From Eledone cirrhosa (taxonomy: Eukaryota), in assembly GCA_964016885.1 (NCBI GenBank), contig OZ024741.1, positions 396,304,001-396,368,000 of the forward strand: DNA of 64,000 nucleotides, read 5' to 3'. Positions 56,201 to 64,000 of this stretch are shown here, piece by piece. A model generated the notes under the pieces. The model did not search any database, had not been told where the DNA came from, and saw nothing but the letters and a program-made list of their open reading frames with translations. Each line of letters begins with the position of its first letter. Within the stretch, counting starts at the first letter, position 1. The position numbers were made by a program, and so were the translations under genes.

Positions 56201-59200
56201 CACAAGAGTCAAAGTGCATCAATCAGTCACACCACAAGAGTCAAAGTGCATCGATCAGTCACACCACAAGAGTCAAAGTGCATCAATCAGTTACACCACA
56301 AGAGTCAAAGTGCATCAATCAGTCACACCACAAGGGTCAAAGTGCATCGATCAGCCACAGCACAAGGGTCAAAGTGCATCAATCAGTTACACCACAAGAG
56401 TCAAAGTGCATCAATCAGTCACACCACAAGAGTCAAAGTGCATCAATCAATCACACCACAAGGGTCAAAGTGCATCAATCAGTCACGCCACAAGGGTCAA
56501 AGTACATCAATCAGTCACACCACAAGAATCAAAGTGCATCAATCAGTTACACCACAAGGGTCAAAGTGCATCAATCAGTTACACCACAAGAGTCAAAGTG
56601 CATCAATCAGTTACACCACAAGAGTCAAAGTGCATCAATCAGTCACACCACAAGAGTCAAAGTGCATCAATCAGTCACACCACAAGGGTCAAAGTGTTTC
56701 AATCAGTCACACCACAAGGGTCAAAGTGCATCAATCAGTCACACCACAAGGGTCAAAGTATTTCAATCAGTTACACCACAAGGGTCAAAGTGCATCAATC
56801 AGTCACACCACAAGAGTCAAAGTGCTTCAATCAGTCACACCACAAGGGTCAAATTCCTTCAATCAGTCACACCACAAGGGTCAAAGTGCATCAATCAGTC
56901 ACACCACAAGAGTCAAAGTGCATCAATCAGTCACACCACAAGGGTCAAAGTGCATCAATCAGCCACACCACAAGGGTCAAAGTGCATCAATCAGTCACAC
57001 CACAAGAGTCAAAGTGCATCAATCAGTCACACCACAAGAGTCAAAGTGCATCAATCAGTGACACCACAAGGGTCAAAGTGCTTCAATCAGTCACACCACA
57101 AGAGTCAAAGTGCATCAATCAGTCACACCACATGGGTCAAAGTGCTTCAATCAGTCACACCACAAGGGTGAAAGGACATCAATTGGTCACACCACAAGAG
57201 TCAAAGTGCATCAATCAGTCACACCACAAGGGTCAAAGTGCATCAATCAGTCACACCACAAGGGTCAAAGTGCTTCAATCAGTCACACCACAAGGGTCAA
57301 AGTGCATCAATCAGTAACACCACAAGAGTCAAAGAGCATCAATCAGTCACACCACAAGGGTCAACGTGCATCAATCAGTCACACCACAAGGGTCAAAGTG
57401 CATCAATCAGTCACACCACAAGGGTCAAAGTGCATCAATCAGTCACACAACAAGGGTCAAAGTGCATCAATCAGCCACACCACAAGGGTCAAAGTGCATC
57501 AATCAGTCACACCACAAGAGTCAAAGTGCATCAATCAGCCACACCACAAGAGTCAAAGTGCATCAATCAGTTACACCACAAGAGTCAAAGTGCATCAATC
57601 AGTCACACCACAAGAGTCAAAGTGCATCGATCAGTCACACCACAAGAGTCAAAGTGCATCAATCAGTTACACCACAAGAGTCAAAGTGCATCAATCAGTC
57701 ACACCACAAGGGTCAAAGTGCATCAATCAACCACACCACAAGGGTCAAAGTACATCAATCAGTCACACCTCAAGAGTCAAAGTGCATCAATCAGTCACAC
57801 CACAAGGGTCAAAGTGCATCAATCAGTCACACCACAAGGGTCAAAGTGCTTCAATCAGTCACACCACAAGGGTCAAAGTGCATCAATCAGTAACACCACA
57901 AGAGTCAAAGAGCATCAATCAGTCACACCACAAGGGTCAACGTGCATCAATCAGTCACACCACAAGGGTCAAAGAGCATCAATCAGTCACACCACAAGGG
58001 TCAAAGTGCATCAATCAGTCACACCACAAGGGTCAAAGTGCATCAATCAGTCACACCACAAGGGTCAAAGTGCATCAATCAGTTACACCACAAGAGTCAA
58101 AGTGCATCAATCAGACACACCACAAGGGTCAAAGTGCATCAATCAGTTACACCACAAGAGTCAAAGTGCATCAATCAGACACACCACAATGGTCAAAGTG
58201 CATCAATCAGTTACACCACAAGAGTCAAAGTGCATCAATCAGTCACACCACAAGGGTCAAAGTGCATCAATCAGTCACACCACAAGGGTCAAAGTGCATC
58301 AATCAGTCACACCACAAGAGTCAAAGTGCATCAATCAGTCACACCACAAGGGTCAAAGTGCATCAATCAGTCACACCACAAGGGTCAAAGTGCATCAATC
58401 AGTCACACCACAAGGGTCAAAGTGCATCAATCAGTCACACCACAAGAGTCAAAGTGCATCAATCAGTCACACCACAAGGGTCAAATTCCTTCAATCAGTC
58501 ACACCACAAGAGTCAAAGTGCATCAATCAGTCACACCACAAGGGTCAAAGTGCATCGATCAGCCACACCACAAGGGTCAAAGTACATCAATCAGTTACAC
58601 CACAAGAGTCAAAGTGCATCAATCAGTTACACCACAAGAGTCAAAGTGCATCAATCAGTCACACCACAAGAGTCAAAGTTCATCAATCAATCACACCACA
58701 AGGGTCAAAGTGCATCAATCAGTCACACCACAAGGGTCAAAGTACATCAATCAGTCACACCACAAGAGTCAAAGTGCATCAATCAGTTACACCACAAGAG
58801 TCAAAGTGCATCAATCAGTCACACCACAAGGGTCAAAGTGCATCAATCAGTTACACCACAAGAGTCAATGTGCATCAATCAGTTACACCACAAGAGTCAA
58901 AGTGCATCAATCAGACACACCACAAGGGTCAAAGTGCATCAATCAGTTACACCACAAGAGTCAAAGTGCATCAATCAGTTACACCACAAGAGTCAAAGTG
59001 CATCAATCAGTCACACCACAAGAGTCAAAGTGCATCAATCAGTCACACCACAAGGGTCAAAGTGTTTCAATCAGTCACACCACAAGGGTCAAAGTGCATC
59101 AATCAGTCACACCACAAGGGTCAAAGTATTTCAATCAGTCACACCACAAGGGTCAAAGTGCATCAATCAGTCACACCACAAGAGTGAAAGTGCATCAATC

Positions 59201-62200
59201 AGTCACACCAGAAGGGTCAAAGTGCATCAATCAGTCACACCACAAGGGTCAAATTCCTTCAATCAGTCACACCACAAGGGTCAAAGTGCATCAATTAGTC
59301 ACATCACAAGGGTCAAATTCCTTCAATCAGTCACACCACAAGGGTCAAAGTGCATCAATCAGTCAAACCACAAGAGTCAAAGTGCTTCAATCAGTCACAC
59401 CACAAGGGTCAAATTCCTTCAATCAGTCACACCACAAGGGTCAAAGTGCATCAATCAGTCACACCACAAGAGTCAAAGTGCATCAATCAGTCACACCACA
59501 AGGGTCAAAGTGCATCAATCAGCCACACCACAAGGGTCAAAGTGCATCAATCAGTCACACCACAAGAGTCAAAGTGCATCAATCAGTCACACCACAAGAG
59601 TCAAAGTGCATCAATCAGTGACACCACAAGGGTCAAAGTGCTTCAATCAGTCACACCACAAGAGTCAAAGTGCATCAATCAGTCACACCACATGGGTCAA
59701 AGTGCTTCAATCAGTCACACCACAAGGGTGAAAGGGCATCAATTGGTCACACCACAAGAGTCAAAGTGCATCAATCAGTCACACCACAAGGGTCAAAGTG
59801 CATCAATCAGTCACACCACAAGGGTCAAAGTGCTTCAATCAGTCACACCACAAGGGTCAAAGTGCATCAATCAGTAACACCACAAGAGTCAAAGAGCATC
59901 AATCAGTCACACCACAAGGGTCAACGTGCATCAATCAGTCACACCACAAGGGTCAAAGAGCATCAATCAGTCACACCACAAGGGTCAAAGTGCATCAATC
60001 AGTCACACCACAAGGGTCAAAGTGCATCAATCAGCCACACCACAAGGGTCAAAGTGCATCAATCAGTCACACCAAAAGAGTCAAAGTGCATCAATCAGCC
60101 ACACCACAAGAGTCAAAGTGCATCAATCAGTTACACCACAAGAGTCAAAGTGCATCAATCAGTCACACCACAAGAGTCAAAGTGCATCGATCAGTCACAC
60201 CACAAGAGTCAAAGTGCATCAATCAGTTACACCACAAGAGTCAAAGTGCATCAATCAGTCACACCACAAGGGTCAAAGTGCATCAATCAACCACACCACA
60301 AGGGTCAAAGTACATCAATCAGTCACACCACAAGAGTCAAAGTGCATCAATCAGTCACACCACAAGGGTCAAAGTGCATCAATCAGTTACACCACAAGAG
60401 TCAAAGTGCATCAATCAGTTACACCACAAGAGTCAAAGTGCATCAATCAGTCACACCACAAGAGTCAAAGTGCATCAATCAATCACACCACAAGGGTCAA
60501 AGTGCATCAATCAGTCACACCACAAGGGTCAAAGTGCATCAATCAGTCACACCACAAGAGTCAAAGTGCATCAATCAGTTACACCACAAGAGTCAAAGTG
60601 CATCAATCAGTCACACCACAAGGGTCAAAGTGCATCAATCAGTTACACCACAAGAGTCAAAGTGCATCAATCAGTTACACCACAAGAGTCAAAGTGCATC
60701 AATCAGACACACCACAAGGGTCAAAGTGCATCAATCAGTTACACCACAAGAGTCAAAGTGCATCAATCAGACACACCACAAGGGTCAAAGTGCATCAATC
60801 AGTTACACCACAAGAGTCAAAGTGCATCAATCAGTCACACCACAAGGGTCAAAGTGCATCAATCAGTCACACCACAAGGGTCAAAGTGCATCAATCAGTC
60901 ACACCACAAGAGTCAAAGTGCATCAATCAGTCACACCACAAGGGTCAAAGTGCATCAATCAGTCACACCACAAGGGTCAAAGTGCATCAATCAGTCACAC
61001 CACAAGGGTCAAAGTGCATCAATCAGTCACACCACAAGGGTCAAAGTGCATCAATCAGTCACACCACAAGGGTCAAATTCCTTCAATCAGTCACACCACA
61101 AGAGTCAAAGTGCATCAATCAGTCACACCACAAGGGTCAAAGTGTTTCAATCAGTCACACCACAAGGGTCAAAGTGCATCAATCAGTCACACCACAAGAG
61201 TCAAAGTGCATCAATCAGTCACACCACAAGGGTCAAAGTGCATCAATCAGTCCCACCACAAGGGTCAAAGTGTTTCAATCAGTCACACCACAAGGGTCAA
61301 AGTGCATCAATCAGTCACACCACAAGGGTCAAAGTGCATCAATCAGTCACACCACAAGGGTCAAAGTGCATCAATCAGTCACACCACAAGGGTCAAATTC
61401 CTTCAATCAGTCACACCACAAGGGTCAAAGTGTTTCAATCAGTCACACCACAAGGGTCAAAGTGCATCAATGAGTCACACCACTAGGGTCAAAGTGCATC
61501 AATCAGTCACACCACAAGGGTCAAATTCCTTCAATCAGTCACACCACATGGGTCAAAGTGTTTCAATCAGTCACACCACAAGGGTCAAAGTGCATCAATC
61601 AGTCACACCACAAGAGTTAAAGTGCAACAATCAGTCACACCACAAGGGTCAAAATGCATCAATCAGTCACACCACAAGGGTCAAAGTGCATCAATCAGTC
61701 ACACCACAAGGGTCAAAGTGCATCAATCAGCCACACCACAAGGGTCAAAGTGCATCAATCAGTCACACCACAAGGGTCAAAGTGCATCAATCAGCCACAC
61801 CACAAGGGTCAAAGTGCATCAATCAGTCACACCACAAGAGTCAAAGTGCATCAATCAGTGACACCACAAGGGTCAAAGTGCTTCAATCAGTCACACCACA
61901 AGAGTCAAAGTGCATCAATGAGTCACACCACAAGGGTCAAAGTGCATCTATCAGTCACACCACAAAATTCAAAGTGCTTCAATCAGTCACACCACAAGGG
62001 TCAAATTCCTTCAATCAGTCACACCACAAGGGTCAAAGTGCATCAATCAGTCACACCACAAGGGTCAAAGTGCATCAATCAGTCACACCACAAGGGTCAA
62101 ATTCCTTCAATCAGTCACACCACAAGAGTCAAAGTGCATCAATCAGTCACACCACAAGAGTCAAAGTGCTTCAATCAGTCACACCACAAGGGTCAAAGTG

Positions 62201-64000
62201 CATCAATCAGTCACACCACAAGGGTCAAAGTGCATCAATCAGTCACACCACAAGGGTCAAAGTGCATCAATCAGTCACACCACAAGGGTCAAAGTGCATC
62301 AATCAGTCACACCACAAGGGTCAAATTGCATCAATCAGTTACACCACAAGGGTCAAAGTGCATTAATCAGTCACACCACAAGGGTCAAATTCCTTCAATC
62401 AGTCACACCACAAGGGTCAAAGTGCATCAATCAGTCACACCACAAGAGTCAAAGTGCATCAATCAGTCAAACCACAAGGGTCAAAGTGCATCAATCAGCC
62501 ACACCACAAGGGTCAAAGTGCATCAATCAGTAACACCACAAGGGTCAAGGTGCATCAATCAGTCACACCACAAGGGTCAAAGTGCATCAATCAGTCACAC
62601 CACAAGGGTCAAAGTGCATCAATCAGTCACACCACAAGGGTCAAAGTGCATCAATCAGTCACACCACAAGGGTCAAAGTGCATCAATCAGTCACACCACA
62701 AGAGTCAAAGTGCATCAATCAGTCACACCACAAGGGTCAAATTCCTTCAATCAGTCACACCACAAGGGTCAAAGTGCATCAATCAGTCACACCACACGAG
62801 TCAAAGTGCATCAATCAGTCACACCACAAGGGTCAAAGTGCATCAATCAGTCACACCACAAGGGTCAAAGTGCATCAATCAGTCACACCACAAGAGTCAA
62901 AGTGCATCAATCAGCCACACAACAAGGGTCAAAGTGCATCAATCAGTCACACCACAAGGGTCAAAGTGCATCAATCAGTCAGACCACAAGGGTCAAAGTG
63001 GATCAATCAGTCACACCACAAGGTTCAAAGTGCATCAATCAGTCACACCACAAGGGTCAAAGTGCATCAATCAGTCACACCACAAGAGTCAAAGTGCATC
63101 AATCAGTCACACCACAAGAGTCAAAGGGCACCAATCAGTCACACCACAAGGGTCAAATTCCTTCAATCAGTCACACCACAAGGGTCAAAGTGTATCAATC
63201 AGTCACACCTCAAGAGTCAAAGTGCATCAATCAGTCACACCACAAGGGTCAAAGTGCATCAATCAGACACACCACGAGGGTCAAAGTGCATCAATCAGTC
63301 ACACGACAAGGGTCAAAGTGCATCAATCAGTCACACCACAAGGGTCAACGTGCATCAATCAGTCACACCACAAGGGTCAAAGTGCATCAATCAGTCACAC
63401 CACAAGGGTCAAAGTGCATCAATCAGTCACACCACAAGGGTCAAAGTGCATTAATCAGCCACACCACAAGGGTCAAAGTGCATCAATCATTCACACCACA
63501 AGAGTCAAAGTGCATCAATCAACCACACCACAAGAGTCAAAGTGCATCAATCAGTTACACCACAAGAGTCAAAGTGCATCAATCAGTCACACCACAAGAG
63601 TCAAAGTGCATCAATCAGTCACACCACAAGAGTCAAAGTGCATCAATCAGTTACACCACAAGAGTCAAAGTGCATCAATCAGTCACACCACAAGGGTCAA
63701 AGTGCATCAATCAGCCACACCACAAGGGTCAAAGTGCATCAATCAGTCACACCACAAGAGTCAAAGTGCATCAATCAGTCACACCACAAGGGTCAAAGTG
63801 CATCAATCAGTTACACCACAAGAGTCAATGTGCATCAATCAGTTACACCACAAGAGTCAAAGTGCATCAATCAGACACACCACAAGGGTCAAAGTGCATC
63901 AATCAGTTACACCACTAGAGTCAAAGTGCATCAATCAGTTACACCACAAGAGTCAAAGTGCATCAATCAGTCACACCACAAGAGTCAAAGTGCATCAATC

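Larger units (their letters stand above)
1..64000. repeat. 32-bp tandem satellite array (~2,000 monomers), consensus AGTCACACCACAAG[G/A]GTCAAAGTGCATCAATC; runs off both window edges
   Basis: The monomer is directly visible on every line in a single orientation. ORF starts (the GTG of GTGCATC) keep a constant phase mod 32 except at 11 identifiable indel monomers. No non-repeat sequence was seen. Confidence 0.99.
30920..64000. repeat. ~12.7-12.9 kb higher-order unit in two tandem copies: ~30.9-51.3 kb (enlarged by the internal 7.5 kb duplication) and ~51.3-64.0 kb
   Basis: Offsets are 20420 (31051/51471, 32274/52694), 20360 (33838/54198), 20168 (36942/57110), 20164 (39506/59670) and 12672 (48982/61654; CACTAGAG at 51241/63913). 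Private markers CAATTAGTCACACC, GTCATAGAG, GACGAGG and CAACCAGTC are shared. Confidence 0.9.

Noticed and set aside
50-63918. More than 100 long + strand ORFs (up to 1630 aa) as protein-coding genes
   Set aside because: They overlap in all three frames with the same periodic peptide and start at the repeat's GTG (the consensus has no ATG). They have no unique domains, and they end at sporadic stop-creating variants. A stop-free 32-bp repeat fully explains them.
1-64000. CRISPR array (32-bp repeat length)
   Set aside because: Monomers abut directly with no unique spacers, leader or cas genes. The variable patch is a few substitutions, not acquired sequence.
1-64000. Zinc-finger or His/Cys metal-binding repeat protein (C..HH pattern)
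   Set aside because: There is only one Cys per 32-aa unit and no C-x2-4-C...H-x3-5-H spacing. DNA periodicity is 32 nt rather than a codon multiple, and there is no synonymous-site bias.
1-64000. Telomerase-synthesised telomere tract
   Set aside because: Variants are inherited in multi-kb duplicated blocks, which templated de novo addition would not produce. No canonical short telomere motif is present.
1-64000. Rolling-circle, concatemer or sequencing artefact or synthetic DNA
   Set aside because: Variants are non-random, multi-base and hierarchically shared, as expected from evolved satellite DNA. Individual large duplications could still be assembly errors.
1-64000. Embedded transposon, RNA gene, inversion or unique island
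   Set aside because: None was seen. The mod-32 phase is accounted for across the window by 11 small indels, and the ORF track has no minus-strand ORFs, which an inverted block would produce.
1-64000. Plasmid iterons, G-quadruplex or hairpin array
   Set aside because: No rep gene or AT-rich origin is present and the scale is far too large for iterons. There is only one GGG per 32 bp (often GAG), and the consensus has no palindrome longer than TGCA.

Overview
The whole 64 kb window is one uninterrupted, head-to-tail satellite array of about 2,000 copies of a 32-bp monomer (consensus AGTCACACCACAAG[G/A]GTCAAAGTGCATCAATC, 15/32 GC, no CpG). I saw no unique sequence, inversion, transposon remnant, RNA gene or credible CDS. 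The ORF track is an artefact of the repeat: the + strand consensus has no stop codon and 32 is not divisible by 3, so all three frames read the same 32-aa repeat from GTG starts. The informative structure is in the monomer variants. They define nested higher-order duplications at 128, 352, 544, 768, 1342, 1760, about 5.8-6.0 k, 7.5 k and about 12.7 k bp. There are also recurrent multi-substitution variant monomers, alternating subfamily domains, an apparent gene-conversion patch and very strict length conservation (11 off-length monomers found). The pattern fits eukaryotic satellite DNA (centromeric, pericentromeric or subtelomeric), but organism and chromosomal position cannot be determined from this sequence. 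I found no protein-coding novel system. Offsets were derived by eye from marker variants and ORF-track coordinates, and block boundaries are approximate to a few monomers.
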